From a virus: a DNA stretch of 53,466 nucleotides. The position numbers were made by a program, and so were the translations under genes. Of this stretch, positions 41,091 through 49,029 are shown in pieces. Each line of letters begins with the position of its first letter. Position 1 is the first letter of the stretch. Below the pieces are notes generated by a model that did not search any database, was not told the DNA's origin, and worked only from the letters and a program-made list of their open reading frames with translations. The stretch lies in IMG/VR virus record IMGVR_UViG_3300025534_000001; one strand, 5' to 3'.

Positions 41091-41261
41091 TCACTCGAAC
41101 CTGATCACCAGTCCGTCTGCCCACTCATTCAAGATGTAAGGGTCTTCCATGAACCTTTCCTTAGCTGCTTTAACTCTTGCTTTGATGGTTTCTTTTCCGA
41201 AAACTTCCTCTGCTTTTTTCTTGCTAACTTTCTTGCCATCGATAAAAAATTTGATTTTCAT
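41091..41261 (-). CDS. Hypothetical ~56-aa basic protein
   Basis: The ATG at 41261 lies 8 nt after GGAGG. The ORF-track start at 41276 overlaps the SD. Confidence 0.55.
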   Translation of the reverse strand: MKIKFFIDGKKVSKKKAEEVFGKETIKARVKAAKERFMEDPYILNEWADGLVIRFE

Positions 41262-41311
41262 TTTCATTACCTCCATTTGGTTGTTTTGTTCTTTCCCTTC
41301 CTTCTAATATA

Positions 41312-41347
41312 ATTATAACACGGATCGCCAACTAAGGCAACCCGTGT
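41312..41347 (-). promoter_or_regulatory. SigA promoter (TTGCCT-17-TGTTATAAT) with an imperfect flanking hairpin
   Basis: Minus strand reads acacgggttgccttagttggcgatccgtgtTATAATtat. Confidence 0.65.
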
Positions 41348-41407
41348 TTTTGAGGAGACTCCGTTTTCGGCACTACAGGTCATCCGCTTTCTGTGAATCG
41401 CCTGCGG

Positions 41408-41803
41408 CTAGGTGTTTTGTGAGAGGCCTGCTTTCTCGAGTGCTTGCCAAACTGCGGCGCCGTCTTGGTAGCCGACGGCCTGAAGACCTTCGTCACAAGG
41501 TTCGCCGCCATCGAACCCCGAAGTGAATCCTTGCACATATTCCAGCGGAAGTCCAAGCTCGTCGGCAACGTACTGATGTTTCCTATAAGGAGGTTCCTGC
41601 AGGAGTTCCTTGAACTTCGCCGGGTCTTTTTGATGGATCAGAGTTGCCAAGGCGCAGCCGCACAGAACCATCTTCTGCTTTCCAGATACATCAGCGGTCA
41701 TGTAAGCGTTCATCCACTGTCTACGCACCGGTTTCATGTTATTCTTCTTGTATGCCTCCAACACCGGCTCAGGCGTAACCCGTGTGAAGGTTACTTGTTC
41801 CAT
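41408..41803 (-). CDS. Hypothetical 131-aa protein
   Basis: ATG at 41803 with RBS gaaggagg. Overlaps the phosphoesterase 3' end by 35 nt. Confidence 0.65.
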   Translation of the reverse strand: MEQVTFTRVTPEPVLEAYKKNNMKPVRRQWMNAYMTADVSGKQKMVLCGCALATLIHQKDPAKFKELLQEPPYRKHQYVADELGLPLEYVQGFTSGFDGGEPCDEGLQAVGYQDGAAVWQALEKAGLSQNT

Positions 41804-42329
41804 TTGGATGTCCTCCTTCACCCTGCTCGCCCTCCTTCGAGAACCGGGCGATAATATCGTCGAACAAGATAGGCTCGTATCCGATAACCTCCACGCTAAC
41901 ATTCACGTACTGTTCGCTTTGGTACAACTGGCCGTGAATATGTCCGTGAATGTTTACATATGGCATGTTGGCGTTCAGATGCATCGGTTCATGTGACAGC
42001 CAAAAGAATTCTCTGTAGCATATAGGGAACTCGTACACGTCATCAAAACCTACTTCGCGCCACCACTTTACAGACCGCCCGCGATCATGGTTACCCAAGA
42101 TTAGGGACTTTCTTCCTTTCAGTCGGCTGATGATTTCAGCAGTCTTCTCCTTGCTGTAGAAGGAAACATCTCCGAGGACGAATACCCTGTCTTCCTTCTT
42201 GACCTTGTTGTTCCATCTTTGGATGAGAGACTCGTCCATATCTTGAATGTCTCGGAAGGGCCTGTTCTCGTATCCGATGATGTTCTTGTGGCCGAAGTGC
42301 GGGTCAGAATAAACGAATACCCGGCTCAT
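41769..42329 (-). CDS. Calcineurin-like metallophosphoesterase
   Basis: Motifs YSDPHFGH, VLGDV, GNHD and NIHGHIH. ATG at 42329 with RBS gaaggagg. Confidence 0.85.
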   Translation of the reverse strand: MSRVFVYSDPHFGHKNIIGYENRPFRDIQDMDESLIQRWNNKVKKEDRVFVLGDVSFYSKEKTAEIISRLKGRKSLILGNHDRGRSVKWWREVGFDDVYEFPICYREFFWLSHEPMHLNANMPYVNIHGHIHGQLYQSEQYVNVSVEVIGYEPILFDDIIARFSKEGEQGEGGHPNGTSNLHTGYA

Positions 42330-42351
42330 AGCTTCACCTCCTTCATCTTTA

Positions 42352-42380
42352 ATTATAATGGTGGAAAGCAAAACTGTCAA
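42352..42380 (-). promoter_or_regulatory. Consensus SigA promoter (TTGACA-17-TATAAT) for the accessory island
   Basis: Minus strand reads ttgacagttttgctttccaccatTATAAT. Confidence 0.75.
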
Positions 42381-42394
42381 CCCGCAAAATAAAA

Positions 42395-42415
42395 CCGAGC
42401 TGTTCAAGGGCTCGG
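42395..42415 (-). terminator. Intrinsic terminator after the head-morphogenesis gene
   Basis: Stem ccgagc/gctcgg followed by ttttatttt on the minus strand. Confidence 0.7.
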
Positions 42416-42530
42416 CAATTTGAAAGGAACTTCTTTGAATGTCAACGGGCAGATATAGTAGAGGCCGTGTTTGGAGGCGTAGATCCATTCGCGATCGTGG
42501 TTCCAGCCACAGGATTGACAGCCAGTGATG

Positions 42531-43478
42531 TTAAGTTCGACTAGCTTTGGGTCGCGGGGGTTTCTTATACTTTGCATAGTCGAACTCTGCCATGGCTTGA
42601 CGTCGCAGCTCTTCTTTTTCTTCTGCGCTCAAACCCAGGATCTTGGAATTGACAACAGGCTGAAGAACACACCGACAATAAACACGTTCCTTAGCTGGAA
42701 GTTGAGGATCTCGCGGATACATAGCACTATAACCTCCTACATCGAAAGCCTCGTCAACGGGGATTTCTGTGCCACTCAAATCAACGTGGTTTTCTCTCGG
42801 CTTGATTTTGCGCGGCCCAGAATGACGCCAACGCTTCATTTCAACAGCTGGGCTTTGCAAATACGCTTCTTGCTGAGATGCTGCGTTAGCTGTGAGGATT
42901 TCTGTGATGGCTGTGGCGCGAGCTCGGTTCCGGCTAAACTCCGGCAAATCCTTCAGCGCTTTGACAGCATCCGGAATTCCTTTGCCTTCATTTATAGTAT
43001 CTACCAAAACTCGCTCAATTGCACGGTGCGAAGTTAATCTCATCAGCTCAGCCAGATCAATCGACCAATCCTCAATCCACGCAACTGTTCTTCCGGACAA
43101 AGTGTTGAAGGACAAATCTTTGTCCAACTCTTCCATGATGCGCGATACCACCTGCGGAATGGTGGCGTTGAAGAATTCGTATGCCGCCTCTGCCATTTCT
43201 TCTTCGAAGGTGTCGGAGGCAAGCAGCTCCGGGAATACGGTTTCATAGAAGCGCTGGAGCGTCAGAGGATCATCCTCTTTGAAGATGTACCCTTCCAGGC
43301 CGTCAACAAAGTGCTTGCGCTCGTTGCGGAGAAGTTTGGCAATCCGCTTTTCGAACTTGTTGATCTGGTCGACTAGAAAGTCCACGTCCTCGAATGCTTC
43401 CAGTTCGTCCTTGAGATCGTCATCCTCGGCTTTGGTAATCAGCTCGACCAGATCAAGAACTCTTTGCACGGCCTGCAT
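42531..43478 (-). CDS. Head morphogenesis protein (SPP1 gp7 / Mu F-like)
   Basis: Position after the portal gene. RARATAITE...W....D.R.C..C-type C-terminal region. Confidence 0.75.
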   Translation of the reverse strand: MQAVQRVLDLVELITKAEDDDLKDELEAFEDVDFLVDQINKFEKRIAKLLRNERKHFVDGLEGYIFKEDDPLTLQRFYETVFPELLASDTFEEEMAEAAYEFFNATIPQVVSRIMEELDKDLSFNTLSGRTVAWIEDWSIDLAELMRLTSHRAIERVLVDTINEGKGIPDAVKALKDLPEFSRNRARATAITEILTANAASQQEAYLQSPAVEMKRWRHSGPRKIKPRENHVDLSGTEIPVDEAFDVGGYSAMYPRDPQLPAKERVYCRCVLQPVVNSKILGLSAEEKEELRRQAMAEFDYAKYKKPPRPKASRT

Positions 43479-44997
43479 GTGCAGACACCTCTTCCAGCGC
43501 GTCGCGGATGTCTTTCAGCAGATCGACCAGGTTGACGTTGACGTCCTTGGACTTCAGAATGCTGAACGAATCGAGCGGATTGGATTGTTGTTCGTTCAGG
43601 CCGATAGGCATGTCTGCTTCCGGGATATCGAACGGCTCCAGATCTTTGCCCAACATAGTGCCAGCCAGTTCGCGAAGGTCGTTAGGCGTCACTGCATGAC
43701 CCTCGATGAACGTTCTGATTACATTGGTGAGATCCTCCGTGTTCGAGATGTCTGGCTTCTTGAAGCTCATGACTACGTACTTGAGCTCGTAGGGGCGGAG
43801 CAGTTTGTTGTTGACAATCCACTCGATGTTGTTGCGCTCCGGCTCGAATACCTGCTCTTCTGTGATCAGCCGGGCAGTCTCGGCCGTAGCTCGGTTGAAG
43901 TCCGTGGACCGTCCAATGTAAATGTCAGGCAACCCAAACGCGGATTGGACTTTCTTCCGAGACGCTTCATCATATTCCAGGAACAGCGCATCCTTCTGCA
44001 GTAGCTCTGCCAGTGGTTTGATCTCGACGCTCGCCTTCGGCTTCTGGTCCATCAGCAAGTCGTCGACGTCCTTCGCAGTGGTTTCGATGACCAGGAACTT
44101 GTGCGCCTTCTCGACGCCTTCGATGCTGCTGGCATAATCTTCCAGTTGCGCGATGCTCTCTGGCGACATTTCGGCATTCGTCAGGATGATAGCCATCGGA
44201 ATGTGGCGTCCCTGGTAGAAGTAGCGGTAGTTCAGCTCCTCCGCTTTCCGTGCACCATACATGTGGATGACTTGACCAATCCAGCGCGGAACACCGTACG
44301 CCTTGTTGCCGATTTTGAAGTGCAACAGCTCCGTAGCGAGCCTGTCCTCCGAAATGACAGCGCCGTCCGGGATGTATTGGCCAGTGGTGCAATCCATGCG
44401 ACGTGGATCGCCGAACTCTTTGAACCAAACCGTCGAAGTGCCGATTTGCTGGCAGAACTTGCGGAAGCGTGCCTTGCGCGTGAGCTTGATGCCATTTTGA
44501 ACGTACTCCACATCGACGGGACTGCCGAGTGGCGTCATTTTGATGTACTCTGGCTCGATGTTGTTCGCACCGACAGGTAAGCCGCGGCCATCCCGAATGA
44601 TTTCCAGATACGCGTTGCCGCACTCTTCTCGGTGTTCGATCACCTGCGCAAAGAGCTCTTCAGGTGACTTGTCGAAGTGCAGGTTCTTCAGGATGGCTTT
44701 GACCATGTCCCACTCGCGCTTCATTTCCGGCGTCTCTTCTTTGCCCGTCAGATCTTCCGTGTACTGCAGTCCAACACCGAAACCCGTGATGTTGCGACGG
44801 TATGCCGTAATACACTGACGCAAGATGGTGGACAGCTCCGTCAGCTTTCGAAGCTCAGCTAACGGATAAGGTGGCTCGATCAGCTGGTCCGGAGTGTACT
44901 TAGTTTGCTCGGCTTCTGCGCCGCGAGAGTCTGCAATGGAAGCCTTGCGCACATCACCACGGATACCGTGAACCTTTGCTACTCTTGTAGCGGCCAT
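43453..44997 (-). CDS. Portal protein
   Basis: About 514 aa, directly after TerL. ATG at 44997 lies 8 nt after GGAGG. Confidence 0.85.
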   Translation of the reverse strand: MAATRVAKVHGIRGDVRKASIADSRGAEAEQTKYTPDQLIEPPYPLAELRKLTELSTILRQCITAYRRNITGFGVGLQYTEDLTGKEETPEMKREWDMVKAILKNLHFDKSPEELFAQVIEHREECGNAYLEIIRDGRGLPVGANNIEPEYIKMTPLGSPVDVEYVQNGIKLTRKARFRKFCQQIGTSTVWFKEFGDPRRMDCTTGQYIPDGAVISEDRLATELLHFKIGNKAYGVPRWIGQVIHMYGARKAEELNYRYFYQGRHIPMAIILTNAEMSPESIAQLEDYASSIEGVEKAHKFLVIETTAKDVDDLLMDQKPKASVEIKPLAELLQKDALFLEYDEASRKKVQSAFGLPDIYIGRSTDFNRATAETARLITEEQVFEPERNNIEWIVNNKLLRPYELKYVVMSFKKPDISNTEDLTNVIRTFIEGHAVTPNDLRELAGTMLGKDLEPFDIPEADMPIGLNEQQSNPLDSFSILKSKDVNVNLVDLLKDIRDALEEVSAHAGRAKSS

Positions 44998-45002
44998 TGT
45001 AC

Positions 45003-46262
45003 TCACCTCCTAAGGTTGCGCCTTTGCTCTCTAGCTAGGCGGTTTTGCAGATACAGCTCATAATTGTGAATGGCGTACCGTATTGCGTCCATTGCGTGGT
45101 TGTCCAAGTCCAGTGGGAGGTCACGAGGATTGACCACATCGTCTGGATCGGGGTATCGATATCGTCCGAACTCGCGGTGCAGGTTGACGGCGGCATCCGT
45201 TTGGAAGTAGCGGCCGTTCTTCATCACCGTCATAACGGAGTTCAGGCCGGCGTTGATGCGTTTGTCTGCACCTTTGGCGAACAGCTTGAACATGCGCAGG
45301 ATCTTGATGCGATCGGGTTCGGCAGAGTCGCAGAAGATGGCATGGACTTTCGTTTTCAGGAAGCGCTCCCAGGCCAGGAACCATTGTGCCAGGTCTTCGG
45401 TGAGGTAGCCGGTCTTGTAGTACTCGGCTATGACATAGTACTTGTTGTCCGCCGTGACACCGATGATGTAAGCAGCCATCGGATGTGTGTAACCCCAGTC
45501 AACGCCGGCAACGTAATCTACGAACTTGCCTTCGCGGCACATCTCCAAGATAGTGCTGTGTGGGACTCGCATCGCTTCGGCATCGTAGTAATCCTTGTAG
45601 ACCACGCCGCTCGCCAATACCCAACGGCCGCGAATCATGCGTTCGTAGAATACGCCTGTAAAGCTGTTCTCCAAAAGGCGAAGATAATCTGGACTCAGCG
45701 TCTTGTTGTCCTTCATTAAAAAGTGCCAGCTCTTGACCTGGCCTTCCATTATCAAGGACTCGTTCTTAATAAAATCAGTCCGGATGTGGTGCTCCGGATG
45801 ATCAGGGTTTGTGGTCCAGAAAATCTGGGCGCCAGGAACAGAGCAACGAGCAACAGCTGTCTTGACGAACTCCTTATGCTGGATGGTGATCTCGTCACCG
45901 TACCAACCAGCGTACGTACGACCACGGATGACTTTCTCCGCGTCGATCTTTTCCGCGCCGCGTACTTCGATCTCTCGCCCATAGATGACGAGCTTACCTT
46001 GGCGTTCGCGGTACTCGTAATTGCCTTGCCCTACGATTTCGAATATGTCGTTCAGGACGTTTTCGCGCAGGGATTCCTTTGTGCGCCCAGACATCAACAA
46101 TCGTCCCGGTGGACCTGTCCTGATGTAGTCCAACCAGCGAAGGTTGACGATGAACGTTTTGCCTGAGCGGACAGCTCCATGGGCTATGTTGATGGGGGCC
46201 GTCGAATAGTTGTAGAAATGCCTTTGCTTGTCGCCCAGGATCAGAGGCATCCACTGCACCAC
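45003..46262 (-). CDS. terL: Terminase large subunit (PBSX/XtmB-like)
   Basis: Walker A HGAVRSGKTF plus a C-terminal nuclease region. The start is the GTG at 46262 or the ATG at 46250. Confidence 0.9.
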   Translation of the reverse strand: MVQWMPLILGDKQRHFYNYSTAPINIAHGAVRSGKTFIVNLRWLDYIRTGPPGRLLMSGRTKESLRENVLNDIFEIVGQGNYEYRERQGKLVIYGREIEVRGAEKIDAEKVIRGRTYAGWYGDEITIQHKEFVKTAVARCSVPGAQIFWTTNPDHPEHHIRTDFIKNESLIMEGQVKSWHFLMKDNKTLSPDYLRLLENSFTGVFYERMIRGRWVLASGVVYKDYYDAEAMRVPHSTILEMCREGKFVDYVAGVDWGYTHPMAAYIIGVTADNKYYVIAEYYKTGYLTEDLAQWFLAWERFLKTKVHAIFCDSAEPDRIKILRMFKLFAKGADKRINAGLNSVMTVMKNGRYFQTDAAVNLHREFGRYRYPDPDDVVNPRDLPLDLDNHAMDAIRYAIHNYELYLQNRLAREQRRNLRR

Positions 46263-46345
46263 CCATCAAGCTGGAAAATTTTTCGACGGACATGCGATAG
46301 CACGCATTTTGTTTGTCTTTGTCTTTGTTTCGCAGCCTTATGACC

Positions 46346-46873
46346 TTATTGGTCGCTCTCAGCCATCTCAGCTTCAATGCGGGCTTTGTCCTCTTCAGAC
46401 AGTTGAGTGTTTTGGCGCATACCCTCGAGGAATTCATCCAGTTTGGAAGGGGTCCGTTCTTTCTCTTCGACATACACGCGGCCCCAGCGGCTGCGGTACT
46501 TGCGCTCCAGGTACCAGGCGGCAGCCTTCCAGTCAGTCATCGCGTTGACCTGGATGAGTTGCACTGCTTTCTGTTCAGCTTCCGCCTGGCCTTTCTCGAG
46601 CATCAAGTACAGGCGAGCCATCAAGCGCTTCATTTCTTCAGTGTACGGCTTGTCGGGCTCGTAGTTCTCATCCTCGAGGAGGCGTTGACCCTCCCTCAGC
46701 CAACGATACCAAGCACTTTGACTGACTCCGAGGAGCGCCATGATGACGTTGTTATACTGGCCTTCCCGAGCTAGCTCATAAGCTTTATCAATCAGCTCAT
46801 CGTTCAGCTTAGCAACGTAACCCAGGCCAGTACGCGGGTTCACCATGTCTTCGCGTTTCGGCGGCATAACCAT
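46346..46873 (-). CDS. terS: Terminase small subunit
   Basis: HTH (LLGVSQSAWYRWL). Located upstream of terL. The ATG at 46867 has the better SD spacing. Confidence 0.75.
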   Translation of the reverse strand: MVMPPKREDMVNPRTGLGYVAKLNDELIDKAYELAREGQYNNVIMALLGVSQSAWYRWLREGQRLLEDENYEPDKPYTEEMKRLMARLYLMLEKGQAEAEQKAVQLIQVNAMTDWKAAAWYLERKYRSRWGRVYVEEKERTPSKLDEFLEGMRQNTQLSEEDKARIEAEMAESDQ

Positions 46874-46930
46874 TACCTCCTAGGTCCTTTGGAAATGAAA
46901 ATAAGCACAGGGACTCTCCCTATGCTTATA

Positions 46931-46960
46931 ATTATACCTTATCCCGTTACTTGGAGACAA
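46931..46960 (-). promoter_or_regulatory. Promoter (TTGTCT-18-TATAAT) ahead of terS
   Basis: Minus strand reads ttgtctccaagtaacgggataaggTATAAT. Confidence 0.5.
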
Positions 46961-47108
46961 CAACAATCGAGATCAAAATAAGCGCGAGCACGGCGACCAT
47001 TGCGATAAACATCGCTTGTGTTCGCTCCTTCTGTGCGCGCGAATCAAGTCCGCAAACCAACAACAGAAAGGCGAACAGAAAGCCAATAATTTGAAATGCG
47101 ATCAACAT
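46947..47108 (-). CDS. 53-aa two-TM membrane protein, below the ORF-track cutoff
   Basis: Hand translation: MLIAFQIIGFLFAFLLLVCGLDSRAQKERTQAMFIAMVAVLALILISIVVVSK. RBS gaagggtga. Confidence 0.55.
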   Translation of the reverse strand: MLIAFQIIGFLFAFLLLVCGLDSRAQKERTQAMFIAMVAVLALILISIVVVSK

Positions 47109-47259
47109 CGAGCATCACCCTTCAGAATAAAATATAGGTGACCCGTTGTTCGGTGGGTCAGACCGCCGCCGTCCGCTCCTTACTGCCCTGCGGTCAAGCA
47201 GTCCAAAGGGTGGGTGGGGTATATGCAGGAGCGGCATGCATTTATTATACCCTTGCCCT

Positions 47260-47577
47260 TTATTTCGCTGCACTAAGTTTTTCGGTCAACTCCATAAACC
47301 ATTGTTTGTCGCCTGCGGCGAGGGCTATGTCTGCGAGGGCCATGATCTCTTCGCGTGTGTTCGCTCTTCGGCTGCGCATGGGGCGTACGTTGCGCAGCGG
47401 GAATGTCTTTTGGTGGCCGACCAGCGCGGGAACGTCTTCGCATTGAGTGATATGCACGAGCACTTCGGAAAAGAAGTGGTCGAGCTTCAATACGAAGCCT
47501 ACGCATTGGTAATCCACATCGGAGCCTGTGGCCATGACCCATGCGCCCGGTTCGATTTCAGCTTTGCTGGTTATCAT
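47260..47577 (-). CDS. IDEAL-domain protein
   Basis: C-terminal ADIALAAGDKQWFMELTEKL matches the IDEAL motif. The ATG at 47577 is preferred over 47604. Confidence 0.6.
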   Translation of the reverse strand: MITSKAEIEPGAWVMATGSDVDYQCVGFVLKLDHFFSEVLVHITQCEDVPALVGHQKTFPLRNVRPMRSRRANTREEIMALADIALAAGDKQWFMELTEKLSAAK

Positions 47578-47839
47578 TAGCTTGCGACCCCCTAATAGCC
47601 GCAAGCAGGTTGTTTATGCCGCGGCCGCGTTTTCGCGTTTTGCGCTGGATAAACAAGCCCGTGGTCGCCCAGAAGTCGTATTCGTCGTTGATGATGAAAT
47701 GACCATTAGGCTTCTCGACCAAAGAGGTGATGATGTCCTTGTTTACGTAGAGCAGTTCACGAGCGCGTTCGTAGTTTTCCCAACGCTTCTGCCTACGCAT
47801 TTCTTTGAACGCGCGATAATCATCTCCGACATCGCCCAT
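47558..47839 (-). CDS. Hypothetical 93-aa protein
   Basis: ATG directly after the upstream TGA. RBS ggagg. Confidence 0.65.
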   Translation of the reverse strand: MGDVGDDYRAFKEMRRQKRWENYERARELLYVNKDIITSLVEKPNGHFIINDEYDFWATTGLFIQRKTRKRGRGINNLLAAIRGSQANDNQQS

Positions 47840-48403
47840 TCAGATTGCCTCCTCTTCTTTGAGAATATAGCCATACAACTGTCGCCGGCCGAACTTGCGT
47901 GCTTCTTTTAGCGAAGGTATGTATAAGTCAAGCTTTCCCTCGGTGATGGCTCCTCCGCGATCTTCGCACACCCTGACGCCGATGTCTTCAATGTAAATTT
48001 TAGTCCCGAACGGTATACTTTTCGGGCATGCAATGGTGTGATTTTCTTTGACGCGTTTGCCACTGGCAGTAATGCCATATTCGGGATGATCAGGCGTCTT
48101 GCCGGTTGACTCTGGTCCTGCCGTGTATGCGGTCACTTCGAATAAAACTTTCTCGCCCCGGGGTTCAGAAGGTTGCGCCTTCTTTTGCTTCAGTTGTTGT
48201 TCAGCTTGATCCAGGATATCCTGAATCCGCTGATCGTGTATTGCGTTTTGTTGCTCCATCTGGCTGATCATCTTCTCGTAGCGCTCGTTGAGGCTTTTTC
48301 GTTCCTGGATGACTTGATCGAGCAGGTACTGGTTTCTGAGTCCCCACAGACAGACCGCAATTAGTAGCAGGAGGGCAGAGATGTCCAGCACTTTTCGTAT
48401 CAA
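47840..48403 (-). CDS. Membrane-anchored coiled-coil protein with a C-terminal 3D (MltA-like double-psi barrel) domain
   Basis: N-terminal TM segment (ISALLLLIAVCLWGL). C-terminus FEVTAYTAGPESTGKTP...GITASG...IPFGTKIYIEDIG.R.CEDRGGAI.G..LDLY. Confidence 0.75.
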   Translation of the reverse strand: MIRKVLDISALLLLIAVCLWGLRNQYLLDQVIQERKSLNERYEKMISQMEQQNAIHDQRIQDILDQAEQQLKQKKAQPSEPRGEKVLFEVTAYTAGPESTGKTPDHPEYGITASGKRVKENHTIACPKSIPFGTKIYIEDIGVRVCEDRGGAITEGKLDLYIPSLKEARKFGRRQLYGYILKEEEAI

Positions 48404-48428
48404 ATAGTCTCACCTACCTTTTGATTTA

Positions 48429-48458
48429 ATTATACTACACCTGTGTATGACCGTTCAA
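48429..48458 (-). promoter_or_regulatory. Promoter (TTGAAC-18-TATAAT) ahead of the 3D-domain gene
   Basis: Minus strand reads ttgaacggtcatacacaggtgtagTATAAT. Confidence 0.55.
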
Positions 48459-48482
48459 CAATTATTTAAGGACCCAAATAAA

Positions 48483-48494
48483 TCTCTCTCTCTC
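48483..48494. repeat. (TC)6 microsatellite in AT-rich island 3
   Basis: Read directly as tctctctctctc. Confidence 0.9.
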
Positions 48495-48612
48495 AGCAAT
48501 ATGTTGTTTTTACTTATTATTTATTTTCTTATTAGTAATATAACAAAATTATATAATATAGATATAAGATATATACAAAGATAGAGAAATTTGCGGGTGT
48601 ACACATAAGGAA

Positions 48613-48629
48613 AGCCGTCTTTGACGGCT
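48613..48629 (-). terminator. Hairpin terminator candidate ending the early region
   Basis: Stem agccgtc/gacggct with T-rich flanks on both strands. Confidence 0.5.
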
Positions 48630-48649
48630 CTTTTGGCTTACGTTTAGGG

Positions 48650-48751
48650 TTATTCGCCATCCTTGCTTTTCCCTTTGCCGACGAGATATCCTATGAAAAA
48701 GGAGTTTGCGTAAAGGAGAAGGATAACGACAGTTCTAAACACGTATTCCAT
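48650..48751 (-). CDS. 33-aa single-TM peptide, below the ORF-track cutoff
   Basis: Hand translation: MEYVFRTVVILLLYANSFFIGYLVGKGKSKDGE. AGGAG lies 3 nt upstream, which is short spacing. Confidence 0.35.
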   Translation of the reverse strand: MEYVFRTVVILLLYANSFFIGYLVGKGKSKDGE

Positions 48752-48762
48752 GATCTCCTCGT

Positions 48763-49029
48763 TCAAAGCTCACACCTCCCACACGGGCAATCGTTGACGT
48801 AGACGGCGGATTCTTCGGGAATTTCGCCACGTAGCATGTTTACAGCTTTGAGTGCATCCTGAATGCGCTGGATGTTTTCCAGCCGTTTCAAAACATCATC
48901 CAGATGGTTCCGCAGATCGATCGTATCCCCGGCGTAGTATCGCAATTGCTGCTCTTCCCAATAGAGGTGGGTGAGGAGCTGACCTCTTGTCAGCCCCTCC
49001 AAGTTTTCAGGCAGTTTCAATTGCTCCAT
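48763..49029 (-). CDS. Hypothetical 88-aa protein (C-terminal CPCGRC)
   Basis: ATG with RBS ggagg. Confidence 0.65.
   Translation of the reverse strand: MEQLKLPENLEGLTRGQLLTHLYWEEQQLRYYAGDTIDLRNHLDDVLKRLENIQRIQDALKAVNMLRGEIPEESAVYVNDCPCGRCEL

Noticed and set aside
42404-42577. A 57-aa ORF (MQSIRNPRDPKLVELNITGCQSCGWNHDREWIYASKHGLYYICPLTFKEVPFKLPSP) overlapping the 3' end of the head-morphogenesis gene in another frame
   Set aside because: There is no Shine-Dalgarno sequence before its ATG, and most of it overlaps a well-supported gene. Its stop falls inside the terminator stem. It is kept only as a low-probability candidate.
47109-47259. A tRNA or small structured RNA in the GC-rich 150-nt gap upstream of the 2-TM micro-ORF
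   Set aside because: No cloverleaf, T-loop (GTTCRANNC) or anticodon-arm geometry was found. Only a weak 6-bp hairpin (tgaccc/gggtca) followed by a T-rich run is present, which may be a weak terminator. An sRNA cannot be excluded without a covariance search.
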